Assembly: GCA_002327985.1 (NCBI GenBank)
Contig: DCVM01000012.1
Location: 29 to 64,028 of the forward strand
Direction: 5' to 3'
Source of the DNA: Syntrophaceae bacterium UBA2188
GTDB taxonomy: Bacteria > Desulfobacterota > BSN033 > UBA1163
DNA length: 64,000 bases
Both the position numbers and the translations under genes were made by a program. The notes under the pieces are model-generated. The model searched no databases and had not been told where the DNA came from. It was given only the letters and a program-made list of their open reading frames with translations. This document shows positions 1 through 10,282 of the stretch, piece by piece; position 1 is the stretch's first letter; every line of letters begins with the position of its first letter.

Positions 1-127
1 AAAAGGTGCTATATATCAAATTTTTGAGATGCCCCTATATACCCTATCCAGTCTTGGGTTAGGTGGGATATTGGGAATTGAAGGAAGGTATATAGGGGCT
101 TAAGCCTATTTCCAAAGCGGAAAATAA

Positions 128-973
128 TTATTTATTCCCAATGGAGGAAATAATTTCTTTAAAATTATAGACGAATTTCCCTGACATGATGCCTCCGTCG
201 ATAGGTATAGCTGCGCCATTGATAAAAGCTGCTTCATCCGAAGCTAAAAAGAGAGCAAGGTTAGCCACTTCTTCGGGCCTTCCTATTCTTCCAATAGGAA
301 TCATGTTTTGGCGCATTTTTTTGAAAGGATGTTCAGAAGTAAAGAATTTGGCAATGGCCTCTGTCTCAATGGTCCCAGGGCAAATACAAACTGTTCTTAT
401 ATTTTGTCTCGAATAATCAAGCGCAACATTTTTAGTAAGGTTTATAATCGCGGCTTTAACACAGTTATAATGGCTGTACCAATGGGCCCCTTCCATTCCA
501 CCCACAGAAGAGATGTTGATGATTACACCTCCTCCGTTCTTCAACATGGCAGGAATTGCAAATTTGTAACCGAGGAAATAACTCCGAAGACCTACGGCAA
601 TAGCTCGATCCCATATTTCAATAGAAACTTCGGTTAAGGGACGGGCCCCCTGGAAATCAAGATAAGCAGCATTGTTAAGGAGGATGTCGAGTCGTCCAAA
701 ATTGGCCAATGTAAAATGAACCATTTCCTCCATTTTAGTAGCATCGGAAACATCGGCTTCGAAGAACAGGCCTTCTCCTCCTTCCTCTTTGATTAGATCA
801 ACTGTCTTTTGCCCGCCTTCCACATTAATATCATTGACTACTACCTTGGCTCCCTCCCGGGCAAAGCGTTTGGATATGGCCCGCCCTATACCCGAACCAG
901 AGGCTGTCAGGAGGGCAACTCGATTCATCAATCTCATATTTTCTTCTCCATCCTTTTCGTTTATTATTAACAA
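128..973 (-). CDS. short-chain dehydrogenase/reductase (SDR) family NAD(P)-dependent oxidoreductase
   Basis: N-terminal Rossmann motif TASGSGIGRA, SDR-length (281 aa), catalytic YxxxK region (YSHYNCVKAA). Confidence 0.85.
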   Translation of the reverse strand: MLIINEKDGEENMRLMNRVALLTASGSGIGRAISKRFAREGAKVVVNDINVEGGQKTVDLIKEEGGEGLFFEADVSDATKMEEMVHFTLANFGRLDILLNNAAYLDFQGARPLTEVSIEIWDRAIAVGLRSYFLGYKFAIPAMLKNGGGVIINISSVGGMEGAHWYSHYNCVKAAIINLTKNVALDYSRQNIRTVCICPGTIETEAIAKFFTSEHPFKKMRQNMIPIGRIGRPEEVANLALFLASDEAAFINGAAIPIDGGIMSGKFVYNFKEIISSIGNK

Positions 974-1030
974 AAGTCAATTCTATATACCCACTCCAAT
1001 ATATTTCTTCACTCAAACTATATCTGCTGA

Positions 1031-2986
1031 CTAAATTTGCCAGCCGGCGACATATCCTTCATGCAAGGCATCGCCAATCTTGCGGGGGCTCACACAGTCC
1101 CCAACTATATATAATTCATTAATTTTATTTTCTAATATTCCGGCAAGTTTGTTTTTAGGTTTAGCACCTAAGGCAAGGACGATCGTATCAGCCTTAAGGA
1201 TTCGGTCTATTCCCTCTTTGTCTGAAACCACCAAACCCTTGGCATTGAACTCCTTGATAGTATGGTTAAAAAGGAAGCTGACTCTATTTTTAGCAAGCTC
1301 TGTTAGAATGGACCGCCGACTTATCGAATTCAAATCCTCGGCAACCTTAGTGCCGGGCCGCACCTTAATAATAGTAACCTTCTTTCCCTTCTGAGCAAGG
1401 TAAAGGGCAGTTTCACAGCCAATAAGCCCTGCACCGACTACAATGATTTCACTCCCTAATTTCTTCTTACTCAAAAAGAGGTCTACTGCACTGACTTTTT
1501 TTTCTTGTTTAATTCCTGGAATGACAGAGACCAGTGGATTCGCTCCAGTGGCTACGATTACCGCTTGGGGTTTCACCTGATCAACTAATTGGGAAGTGAC
1601 TTCTTTTCCCTTTTCGACCCGCACTCCAAATTTGTCCAATTGAACCCGGAGGAATTTCAACAACTCCCCAAGAGAACCCTTGAAAGAAGGTTGTGATGCA
1701 GCCCTCAGTTGTCCCCCCAATTCATTTTCTTTCTCATAAAGGGTAACTTTATGCCCTTTCAGTGCTGCTACTCGTGCTGCTTCCATCCCTGCCGGGCCTC
1801 CCCCAATTACCATAACTTTCTTTGGTTTTTTAGTACGGTGAATCGCATAATATCGTTCTTTGCAAACAGTGGGATTGACCGAGCAAGAAATAGACTTCAT
1901 GAGGAATAAGTTTCCTATACAACGTTCGTTACATCTTATGCAGGGCCGTATGTCTTCCACCCGACCCTCTCTTGCTTTGTTAGGCCAATCGGGGTCGGCA
2001 AACAACGCTCTCCCCAAACAAATAAAGTCTGCTCTCCCTTCATTGAGAATTTGCTCCGCAAGTTCAGGGGTCATAATGCTACCCACTGTGATCACAGGAA
2101 TGTTGACCACTCTTTTGATTGCCCTTGCAAATTCGACCAAGCAACCTTGCGGAAGATAAGTTGGTGGTATGATCAAAGAATCGGCCTCATAGCATCCAGC
2201 ATCGATATGAAGAACGTCTAGCCCTGCAGCCTCCAAACGTCTGGCAATCTCCTGTGATTCTGTCAGGGCACGTCCACCTTCTATTCCATGTTCTGCTGAA
2301 TACCGAAAACTCAGAGGAATTTGCAGTCCTACCTTAGCTCTTATCGTATCGATCATCTCTATGGGGAATCTCATTCTCCCCTCAATGCCTCCGCCGTATT
2401 CGTCGTTGCGTTTATTCCAGAGGGGAGTCATAAACTGATCGATAAGGTAACCAGTATGAGCGTGAAGCTCAATGAGGTCAAAACCAGCTATGGCTGCACG
2501 CAGGGCAGCATCACTACAGGAATAAACTATCCTTTTTATTTCATCCACTGTCAGCTCATGACACAAAATATTAGGATTTACAAAGGAAGGTAATGGTGAT
2601 GCCGATATAGGAACCCTCCCGGGTGTAGCTCCAACCATATATCTTCCAGGGCCAGGGCTAAGTTGTATGCCAATTTTAACTCCAAAGTCGTGAACGGCAT
2701 CTACCAACTCAGCCGCTCTCGGGATATGCCAAGGGGAATCTATGAAAGCCGTTGGGATGTCAGATGGAGGGCTTACCTCCCTCTCCACCATTGTCGCCTC
2801 TGTCAGAATGAGGCCTACGCCTCCCTTCGCCCTTGCAACAAAATAATCGATCTGACGCTCAGAATAACGTCCATCTGGCTCAGCCAATAAGGTCGCCATG
2901 GGAGCCATAACAATTCGGTTTCTCAATGCTAACCTCCCAATATGTCCCGGCTGGAACAACTTAGGGAATCGCTGTTTTTTTGCCAC
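1031..2986 (-). CDS. Old-yellow-enzyme-like NADH:flavin oxidoreductase fused to FAD/NAD(P)-binding domain (2,4-dienoyl-CoA reductase / 2-enoate reductase family)
   Basis: 651 aa; N-terminal OYE TIM-barrel signature (GLILTEATMV, HAHTGYLIDQF), Cys cluster CIRCNERC typical of FadH-like Fe-S site, C-terminal dinucleotide fold VMVIGGGPAGMEAA and second GxGxxG. Confidence 0.8.
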   Translation of the reverse strand: MAKKQRFPKLFQPGHIGRLALRNRIVMAPMATLLAEPDGRYSERQIDYFVARAKGGVGLILTEATMVEREVSPPSDIPTAFIDSPWHIPRAAELVDAVHDFGVKIGIQLSPGPGRYMVGATPGRVPISASPLPSFVNPNILCHELTVDEIKRIVYSCSDAALRAAIAGFDLIELHAHTGYLIDQFMTPLWNKRNDEYGGGIEGRMRFPIEMIDTIRAKVGLQIPLSFRYSAEHGIEGGRALTESQEIARRLEAAGLDVLHIDAGCYEADSLIIPPTYLPQGCLVEFARAIKRVVNIPVITVGSIMTPELAEQILNEGRADFICLGRALFADPDWPNKAREGRVEDIRPCIRCNERCIGNLFLMKSISCSVNPTVCKERYYAIHRTKKPKKVMVIGGGPAGMEAARVAALKGHKVTLYEKENELGGQLRAASQPSFKGSLGELLKFLRVQLDKFGVRVEKGKEVTSQLVDQVKPQAVIVATGANPLVSVIPGIKQEKKVSAVDLFLSKKKLGSEIIVVGAGLIGCETALYLAQKGKKVTIIKVRPGTKVAEDLNSISRRSILTELAKNRVSFLFNHTIKEFNAKGLVVSDKEGIDRILKADTIVLALGAKPKNKLAGILENKINELYIVGDCVSPRKIGDALHEGYVAGWQI

Positions 2987-3225
2987 TCTGATTTCCTTGT
3001 TTAAATAGAAACACTACCTCATTGGCACTATGACCTTGATCAAATCCGTTGTTAAAATCTTGGTATAATTATCGCTTTCTTCTCCTTGGATCATCAGGTC
3101 TTCGCAATCAAAACAGATAAGATCGTGAGGAAGTAGTAAGAGATTAAAAAATTTGCCCGCAGAGCTTTTTTATAAGGATACTCTATTACATGGACAGTTT
3201 CATCGATTAATTGACCATCATCCGT

Positions 3226-4839
3226 TTATTTTTTTGTTTCTCTTATTTTCCAGTCTTTCAATATCTCTTCTCGAAGGATATTCTTTTTGATTTTTCCAAC
3301 CGATGTTTTTGGAAAATCTTCTTTTCTAAAAACCCAAAACCCGGGAACCTTAAACTTAGCCATTTTTTCGTTACAGAATTCTATCAGCTCTTCTTCCGTG
3401 GCAGTCTTACCCTCCTTAAACCTGATGATAGCCAGCACAGCCTCGTCTCTAATGGGGTCGGGGACGCCTAGGATGGTTGACTCTTCGACAGCCGGATGTG
3501 TATTTAGAACACGCTCGACTTCTGCGGAGGCAATATTTTCTCCTGCTCTTTTAATCATATCTTTTTTTCGATCCAACATGTAGAGGTAACCATCCTCATC
3601 CATTCTTCCATAGTCCTCAGAGTAAAACCATCCATCGACAAGGGATTCCGCCGTAGCTCCAGGATTTTTATAATATTCCTTAAATAAGGATATTCCAGGC
3701 TGGCCCTTAATCGCAATTTCCCCTTTTTCGCCAATGGGCATTTCGTTACGATCATCGTCCACAATTTTTACCTCAGTACCAAAGTGTGGCAATCCTACAG
3801 ATCTTCTTGGTCTCTCGCCCCAAATGGGCACCATCGTTGCTGGACCCAGTGTCTCCGTGGATCCATATCCCTCGACCAATATCGTATTAAAACGCCTCTC
3901 AAAGGTATCCCATTCTTCCTCCGAAATAGGGAAGGCATAAGGACCTCTCCACATTTTATTTTCTTTGTCCAAGGGATTTTCAAGTTGGGCTAAAACCATC
4001 CTGACAATAGGTGCAGCAGTAGTACATATCGTACAATGGTAGTTTCTAAGCCATGAGCTGAAACGACTGGCACTGAATCGCTCACAGAGAACAAGACTTC
4101 CCCCGGCTGTCAGACATGCAAAATACAGGACGCATTGAGCGTGAATATGAAAAAGGGGGAGGTAAATCAGATAGCGATCATCTGGGGTAACGATAAAATG
4201 TTTGCAACAAATCTCTCCAATATAGAGAAAATTGGCGTTTGTCAAAATAACCCCTTTCGGGCGAGCGGTTGTTCCTGACGTAAAAAGCATTTCAGCATTA
4301 TCCATCGGATCGATGTCCACCGGAACAAGCTCTGGGGAAGAGCCTGCAAGGATGTCCTCCCAGCAATGGGTCCCAGGGATTTTCTCTGCGGACCGATAAA
4401 TTACAATATCCTTGACAGAGGGACATTTTGAGTGAATGCTGTTAAAAATCGGATAATACTTCCCATCTGTGATGACCAACTTGGCCTCCGAAAAGTTGAG
4501 TTTATACTCCAAATCTTCAGTAACGTCAAAAATAATGGATGGGATCATGACGGCGCCGATTTTTGTGCAAGCATGCAAAGAAACAAGAAATCCTATCGAG
4601 TTGGGTAAATGGGTCAGCACGAAATCCCCCTTCTGAATACCCCGTTGAAGGAGCCAGTTGGCGAATCGATTTACTTTATCGTCAAATTGCCTGTAGGTTA
4701 ATATCTCCTCTTGTTGATCTTCACTCAAAAAAATAATAAAGGGTTTGTCACGGTGCTGACGAACCTTCCTTTCAAGCAGCTTCCTTATATTCATCTTTCT
4801 ACCCATAACAGTTGCATGGTTGAAATTTAACATATCCAT
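3226..4839 (-). CDS. AMP-dependent acyl-CoA synthetase/ligase (CaiC-like)
   Basis: AMP-binding motif LFTSGTTARPKGV, 537 aa, C-terminal conserved GKIKK lysine; RBS GAGGAGG upstream of ATG. Confidence 0.85.
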   Translation of the reverse strand: MDMLNFNHATVMGRKMNIRKLLERKVRQHRDKPFIIFLSEDQQEEILTYRQFDDKVNRFANWLLQRGIQKGDFVLTHLPNSIGFLVSLHACTKIGAVMIPSIIFDVTEDLEYKLNFSEAKLVITDGKYYPIFNSIHSKCPSVKDIVIYRSAEKIPGTHCWEDILAGSSPELVPVDIDPMDNAEMLFTSGTTARPKGVILTNANFLYIGEICCKHFIVTPDDRYLIYLPLFHIHAQCVLYFACLTAGGSLVLCERFSASRFSSWLRNYHCTICTTAAPIVRMVLAQLENPLDKENKMWRGPYAFPISEEEWDTFERRFNTILVEGYGSTETLGPATMVPIWGERPRRSVGLPHFGTEVKIVDDDRNEMPIGEKGEIAIKGQPGISLFKEYYKNPGATAESLVDGWFYSEDYGRMDEDGYLYMLDRKKDMIKRAGENIASAEVERVLNTHPAVEESTILGVPDPIRDEAVLAIIRFKEGKTATEEELIEFCNEKMAKFKVPGFWVFRKEDFPKTSVGKIKKNILREEILKDWKIRETKK

Positions 4840-5065
4840 ATTTGAACCTCCTCAAAGGCTCCATTGAAAAGTGAAAGGCTGACCATCGCGTTGCCGCTTC
4901 CCTTGAATTCGCCCAATATGTAAACCGGTCATGGAGACAACTTATTTGGATTGATTATTTAACAGCCTTATCGAAGTATTGTGTCAGTCTCTATACTGCT
5001 TGCCAACCTTATCATGCCATCAGACGATGAAGATTTCTTTCGTTTCCTTTATACATAAAGGGGGT

Positions 5066-6673
5066 TTACCTTTTTGCCTCACGTTCTTTCCAATATTCCA
5101 AAATATCTCTTCGTAGAATATTCTTCTGGATCTTTCCAACCGAGCTTTTTGGAAAATCTTCCTTTCTGAAAATCCAGAATTGCGGTACCTTAAATTTGGC
5201 CATTCTCTCCTTACAAAATTCTGTCAGTTCCTGCTCGTTCACCCTTTCCTTTAATCTTATCACCGCACATACCGCCTCGTCCCTAACGGGGTCAGGAACG
5301 CCGATGATTGCTGACTCCTCAATCGCTGGATGTAGATTTAGAACACGTTCAACTTCAGCAGAAGAGATGTTCTCGCCCGCTCTCTTGATAATGTCTTTTT
5401 TACGATCTACAAAATAGACATAACCATCTTCATCCATTCTTCCATAATCCTCAGAGTAAAACCATCCATCGACAAGAAACTCCGCTGTCGCCCCAGGATT
5501 TTTATAATATTCCTTAAATAACGAGATCCCAGGCTGGCCCTTAATCGCAATCTCCCCTTTTTCGCCAATGGGCACTTCATTACGGTCATCATCCACAATT
5601 TTTACTTCGGTACCAAAATGTGGGAATCCTACAGACCCTCTTCGCCTTTCACCCCAAATCGGCATAATGGTGGCCGGGCCTAATGTCTCAGTTAAACCAT
5701 ATCCATCGATCAAAATAGTATTGAACCGCCTCTCAAAAGAATTCCATTCCTCGTCTGAAACAGCAATTCCGTAAGGGCTTCTCCACATCCTATTCTCTTT
5801 GTCGAGAGGATGCTCAGGTTGAGGTAAAATCATACGTACAATCGGTGCTCCGGTAGAACATATTGTACAATTATAATTTCTGAGTAAAGAGCTGAACCGG
5901 CTCGCACTGAATCGTTCGCAAATGACGATACTTGCCCCAACGGTCAAACACGGAAAATAGGATATGCACTGAGCATTCACATGGAAAAAAGGTAATATTA
6001 AAAGGAAACGATCATCCGGGATGACGGCAAAGCTCTTAGAGCAAATCTCCCCCATATAGAGAAAATTAGCGTGTGTTAAAATAACTCCTTTCGGGCGAGC
6101 GGTTGTCCCTGACGTAAAAAGCATTTCAGCATTATCCAGTGGTTCGATGTCAAAAAATGGAAGCTCCGGAGAAGAATTTGCAAGGAGATCTTCCCAACGT
6201 TCGGCTCCACGAATTTTCTCCTCGGAGCGATAAATGACAATATCTTTTACCGATGGACATGCAGGCTGAATTTTATCAAATATCGGATAATATTTTCCGT
6301 CTGTAATGACCATTTTGACATCCGAGAAATTTATTTTGTATTTTAGATCCTCGGCCACATCGGAAATGATCGAAGGGATCATAACTGCGCCGATTTTTGT
6401 GCAAGCATGCAAGGAAACAAGAAATCCTATCGAGTTGGGTAAATGGGTCAGCACGAAATCACCCTTCTGAATACCCTGCTTAAGGAGCCAATTGGCAAAT
6501 CGATTTACTTTTTCGTTAAATTGCTTATACGTTAATATTTCTTCATTGAAATTTTCATCCACAAAAATAATGAACGGTTTGTCAGCATGTTGCCGAACTT
6601 TCATCTCAAGCAGTTTCCTTATATTCATCTTTCTGCCAATCACCGTTGCGTTTTGGGGATTGAGAAAATCCAT
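5066..6673 (-). CDS. AMP-dependent acyl-CoA synthetase/ligase, tandem paralog of 3226-4839
   Basis: About 80% aa identity to upstream ligase by eye, same motifs (FTSGTTARPKGV); start placed at internal MDFL with RBS GGGAAGGA (track start 6709 less likely). Confidence 0.85.
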   Translation of the reverse strand: MDFLNPQNATVIGRKMNIRKLLEMKVRQHADKPFIIFVDENFNEEILTYKQFNEKVNRFANWLLKQGIQKGDFVLTHLPNSIGFLVSLHACTKIGAVMIPSIISDVAEDLKYKINFSDVKMVITDGKYYPIFDKIQPACPSVKDIVIYRSEEKIRGAERWEDLLANSSPELPFFDIEPLDNAEMLFTSGTTARPKGVILTHANFLYMGEICSKSFAVIPDDRFLLILPFFHVNAQCISYFPCLTVGASIVICERFSASRFSSLLRNYNCTICSTGAPIVRMILPQPEHPLDKENRMWRSPYGIAVSDEEWNSFERRFNTILIDGYGLTETLGPATIMPIWGERRRGSVGFPHFGTEVKIVDDDRNEVPIGEKGEIAIKGQPGISLFKEYYKNPGATAEFLVDGWFYSEDYGRMDEDGYVYFVDRKKDIIKRAGENISSAEVERVLNLHPAIEESAIIGVPDPVRDEAVCAVIRLKERVNEQELTEFCKERMAKFKVPQFWIFRKEDFPKSSVGKIQKNILRRDILEYWKEREAKR

Positions 6674-6801
6674 ATTCGATCCTTCCCAAATATTACATAG
6701 AAAAGTCACCCTTTAATAATACTTTTGGCACTTTTCCTGAATTTGATAAAACTGTAAAACAATGACGGATGTAACTGATCTAAAATAGGGGCCTTGCCGG
6801 C

Positions 6802-7563
6802 TCATCGGAGCATGATCCCACCATCTATCACGATTGCAGAACCTACCATATAATCGCTGGCTGCTGAAGCAAGAAAAACAGCTAATCCCTTTATTTCTTC
6901 TGGGTTAGCTATCCTGCCGATCGGGACGAGTTTCTTCACCTCTTTTTCGAATCTCTCTCGGCCTTTAGGGTTTAGCTGGGTATCAAAGAGGCCAGGACAT
7001 ATCGCATTGACTTGAATGTTATATGGAATGAGTTCTAAGGCCATCACTCTTGTTAGCATAAGGCCACCCCCTTTGCTAGCACAATAATCCCCACTATGGG
7101 GTAATGGCCTAAATGACCCAATCGAGGTAACATTGATTATCTTTCCTTTCTTTTCTTTGATCATCTCCTTGGCAGCAGCTCTTGAACATAAAAATATTCC
7201 TTTCAAATTGATGGCCTGGGTCTCATCCCATTCTTCGATACTCATCTCTGTCACAGCTTTTGCGCTTCCCGTGATCCCCGCATTATTAACCAATATATCC
7301 ACCTTCCCAAACTTCTTAACCGTGATAGCGATCAAATCTTCAACCTGTTGAGGATGACTGACATCGCAACGGACGGCTAACGTTTTTACACCAAGCTTTT
7401 CTATCTCTAAGCCGACCTCTTCACAAGCGTCTAAATGACGAGCACAAAGAACAATATTTGCCCCTGCTTCAGCCAGCCCTTTAGAAATTCCCAGGCCTAT
7501 CCCCCGATATCCTCCTGTGACCACTGCCACTTTCCCTGTCAGATCAAACATCTGTAATTTCAT
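6802..7563 (-). CDS. SDR family oxidoreductase (3-oxoacyl-ACP reductase-like)
   Basis: VVTGGYRGIGLG Rossmann motif, 253 aa, NNAG and Y..K catalytic elements (YCASKGG). Confidence 0.85.
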   Translation of the reverse strand: MKLQMFDLTGKVAVVTGGYRGIGLGISKGLAEAGANIVLCARHLDACEEVGLEIEKLGVKTLAVRCDVSHPQQVEDLIAITVKKFGKVDILVNNAGITGSAKAVTEMSIEEWDETQAINLKGIFLCSRAAAKEMIKEKKGKIINVTSIGSFRPLPHSGDYCASKGGGLMLTRVMALELIPYNIQVNAICPGLFDTQLNPKGRERFEKEVKKLVPIGRIANPEEIKGLAVFLASAASDYMVGSAIVIDGGIMLR

Positions 7564-7618
7564 AACCTATCCCATTCTATTCTCATTTTAGTTATTAAGA
7601 TAAAATTAGAATCATTCT

Positions 7619-8248
7619 TCATTTATAAACATAACAGCGGCAAGGTTCCTCCCCAATTTTCTCCGGGGGATCCGTGATCATTAATGCTTTCCCTCCTGGT
7701 TCAGTGGGGCAGGTTCCCATGACATAACAGTGGGCGCAGTACACTGGAAAATTTGGCCTATTAAACGTCATAGGCTGGGGTTTCTTAATTCTCAAAAAGC
7801 TACCAGGTGGATCATAGGCACCCTCTAAGACAAGACGACCGCCGCTCCCACAACATGGTTGAGTATGAATAACAAATTTTTCATCATCTTCTTCTATTTT
7901 AATCGGATGGAGGTGCCCCCTCAATCCGGCTGCCAATATCTCAATTTTCTCTCGAGTACTCTTGTTGGCATATCGCTTGCCTAATCGGAGTGATAAGTCA
8001 CCCACTGTTTCTTTCATCGCCTCATACAAAACCTCATCTCCATAATTTTTTCCAATAAACGTTAATAGGCCTGTAATCCAATCTCGATATAAGTCATGCA
8101 TTCCTAAAAATTCATTGTACATCCTCTTACTTAACTTCTTAGCGGTCTTCTTATCCCCAGCCTCGATAGCGGCTTGGAGGAGATCTAATGTCCGTTCTCC
8201 CATCATTCTTAACTCTTCTTCTGTGAAGACTCTTTTCTCCTCCATGTT
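7619..8248 (-). CDS. hypothetical protein with C-terminal Cys-rich motif (CCGSGG...CAHC...C...C.C)
   Basis: ORF embedded in operon; likely true start at MEEKRVF with strong RBS GGGGAG (track ORF extends to 8371 and would overlap the crotonase gene); no recognisable family. Confidence 0.4.
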   Translation of the reverse strand, partial: NMEEKRVFTEEELRMMGERTLDLLQAAIEAGDKKTAKKLSKRMYNEFLGMHDLYRDWITGLLTFIGKNYGDEVLYEAMKETVGDLSLRLGKRYANKSTREKIEILAAGLRGHLHPIKIEEDDEKFVIHTQPCCGSGGRLVLEGAYDPPGSFLRIKKPQPMTFNRPNFPVYCAHCYVMGTCPTEPGGKALMITDPPEKIGEEPCRCYVYK

Positions 8249-8355
8249 CAATTCTCCCCTTTCATGGTTCCGACCTAAATCGTAGGATCTCTTTTCTAAC
8301 TTCCTCGAGGCCTGTTTGTTTCCATAAGAGATAAACGGAGAGCAGTTCTTATCTA

Positions 8356-9144
8356 TTATTTCCCTTGCCAAAGAGGCTTGCGCTTTTCAAGGAAAGCGTT
8401 TATTCCCTCTTTGGAGTCCTTCGTCACAGAAAGCATCAGCGCGGACAATTGGCAGTACTCCATCGCCCCCTCAAGCGGCATGTCTGTCCCTACCTGGATA
8501 GCACGTTTGATATGGGCTATTGATGCAGGTGCGTTTCTCAAAATTCGGCCGGCGAGTTCCTCAGCCGCCTGCAAGACTTCTCCATCCTGGACGATTTTGC
8601 TCACCAAACCGACCCTATAGGCTTCCTGGGCATCAATAGGGTCTCCGGTTAATTCTATATATAGCGCCATCTCTCTCCCGATTAAGCGGGCCAACCTGGC
8701 CGTTGCCCCAGCGCCTGGCATGATACCCAAACCCACCTCTGGCAATCCCAGCTTTGTTTTCTCCGATGCGATACGGAAGTCACAGGCTGTTGCAATCTCA
8801 AGCCCACCACCAAAGGCAATCCCATTGATGGCAGCGATGACTGGTATTCGAAGCCTCTCCAATCGGAAATTAAACCTTGTTAACTTGTCGTGGAGCAGAA
8901 AAAATTCATAAGGTGTCTCTAATGCTTTGTGAATCATCTTTATATCCCCGCCCGATATAAAAGATTTACCTGAACCGGTGAGAATAAGGGCTCCTAACTC
9001 CGCATCCCCTTCAATGTTGGCCAACACACTATCCAATTCAAGAATCATCTGCTCGTTTAAGGCGTTATGAACTTCGGGTCGGTTAAATAGAATGTACCCC
9101 ACCTTACCTTTCTTCTCATAAATAATAGTTTCGTAAGCCATCAT
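8356..9144 (-). CDS. enoyl-CoA hydratase/isomerase (crotonase family)
   Basis: 262 aa; crotonase signatures FISGGDIK, AAINGIAFGGGLEIA, oxyanion-hole region. Confidence 0.85.
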   Translation of the reverse strand: MMAYETIIYEKKGKVGYILFNRPEVHNALNEQMILELDSVLANIEGDAELGALILTGSGKSFISGGDIKMIHKALETPYEFFLLHDKLTRFNFRLERLRIPVIAAINGIAFGGGLEIATACDFRIASEKTKLGLPEVGLGIMPGAGATARLARLIGREMALYIELTGDPIDAQEAYRVGLVSKIVQDGEVLQAAEELAGRILRNAPASIAHIKRAIQVGTDMPLEGAMEYCQLSALMLSVTKDSKEGINAFLEKRKPLWQGK

Positions 9145-9168
9145 TTTTCCCCTTTCAGGAATTGATCC

Positions 9169-10233
9169 TTATAACTCTGGAGAGACCAAAATCTTACAAT
9201 GCTCCAATTTACGCTCTCCCATCAATTCTTTTATCCCTTTTTCCAAAATATCATCCAGTTTTATCTTTGCACTGATCAATTCAGGATCACACCTAACTTT
9301 TTTACTGGTCAAGAGAGAGATCGCGGGAGGGAATTCATCCACATAACCTTGACTTGCGATGATTGTTTTCTCACGGAAAAATAGATTGAAGAATGGGAAA
9401 TCACAGGTAGTTGGCATGGTCCCTACTTCCACAATGGTTGAAGCTTTTCCAGAAACAGTTTCAGACAACAACATTGCATCACTCTTGCCAGCACATTCAA
9501 ACACCACATCAGCTCTCCTTCCTTCAGTCAGTTCAGCAATAGCTCTCCCTGGATCGACCCCTTTTGGATTGATCACTTCCGTTGCACCCAGTTCTTTAGC
9601 CATTTGACCTCTATTAGAAAGCATCTCAAAAACAATGATCTTACCCGCTCCGCAAGCGTTTGCAACCTGCATGGTCAATAAACCAATGGGCCCGGCACCT
9701 ACGATCGCTACGTTAGCCCCGAGTTCCATGCGGCTTCTTTTTACAGCACGGACAGCGCAAGCCAGAGGTTCGGTAAAGGCCCCCATTTCATATGTAACCT
9801 CATTAGGCAATCTATAAACATTGTCATTGGACACGACAATAAATTCAGCAAACGCCCCATCTGCTGCCCCTCCGATACTGCCAAGGATGGCACATTGAAT
9901 ATGTTGACCTTTTTTGCAGTAGTAACACTTGTAGCATGGAATCGTAGGCCTTACCGTCGCTTTATCACCGACTTGGACCCCATGGACATTATCTCCAATT
10001 TTAACCACTTGGCCAGAGAATTCATGACCTCCGGTAATAGGAGCCATCTTCCCTGTGCCAGGATGGGGCTTTTTGACCGGCAAGAGGCCAGCTCCTCCCT
10101 GATACTCTTGAACATCAGCACCGCAAATGCCGCACCATTTCACTTTTATCTTAACCTCCCCTGGACCTGGTTCTGGTTCTGGGATGTTTTCTAATCTCAT
10201 ATCCTTGCCGCCATAATAACGTAACGCCTTCAT
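9169..10233 (-). CDS. Zn-dependent alcohol dehydrogenase, MDR family (butanediol/sorbitol dehydrogenase-like)
   Basis: GICGADV / GHEFSG zinc-ligand motifs, structural-Zn Cys cluster CYKCYYC, NAD fold VAIVGAGPIG. Confidence 0.8.
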   Translation of the reverse strand: MKALRYYGGKDMRLENIPEPEPGPGEVKIKVKWCGICGADVQEYQGGAGLLPVKKPHPGTGKMAPITGGHEFSGQVVKIGDNVHGVQVGDKATVRPTIPCYKCYYCKKGQHIQCAILGSIGGAADGAFAEFIVVSNDNVYRLPNEVTYEMGAFTEPLACAVRAVKRSRMELGANVAIVGAGPIGLLTMQVANACGAGKIIVFEMLSNRGQMAKELGATEVINPKGVDPGRAIAELTEGRRADVVFECAGKSDAMLLSETVSGKASTIVEVGTMPTTCDFPFFNLFFREKTIIASQGYVDEFPPAISLLTSKKVRCDPELISAKIKLDDILEKGIKELMGERKLEHCKILVSPEL

Positions 10234-10282
10234 TTCAACCTCCCTCTGTTTGATTCCCTTTCAAGAATCTGAGTATCCCCCA

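Noticed and set aside
186-637. Plus-strand ORFs (76 and 109 aa) inside the first SDR gene; similar antisense ORFs occur throughout (1080-1394, 8378-8620, 19189-19467, 30574-31044, 35020-36155, 52668-53099 and others)
   Set aside because: They lie fully within well-supported minus-strand genes. Their compositions are low-complexity and they lack an RBS, so they are read as frame-shadow ORFs.
7619-8371. Longer form of the Cys-rich ORF overlapping the crotonase gene by 16 nt
   Set aside because: The internal Met (MEEKRVF) has a strong GGGGAG RBS at correct spacing. The upstream 41 codons lack an RBS and would overlap the crotonase stop.
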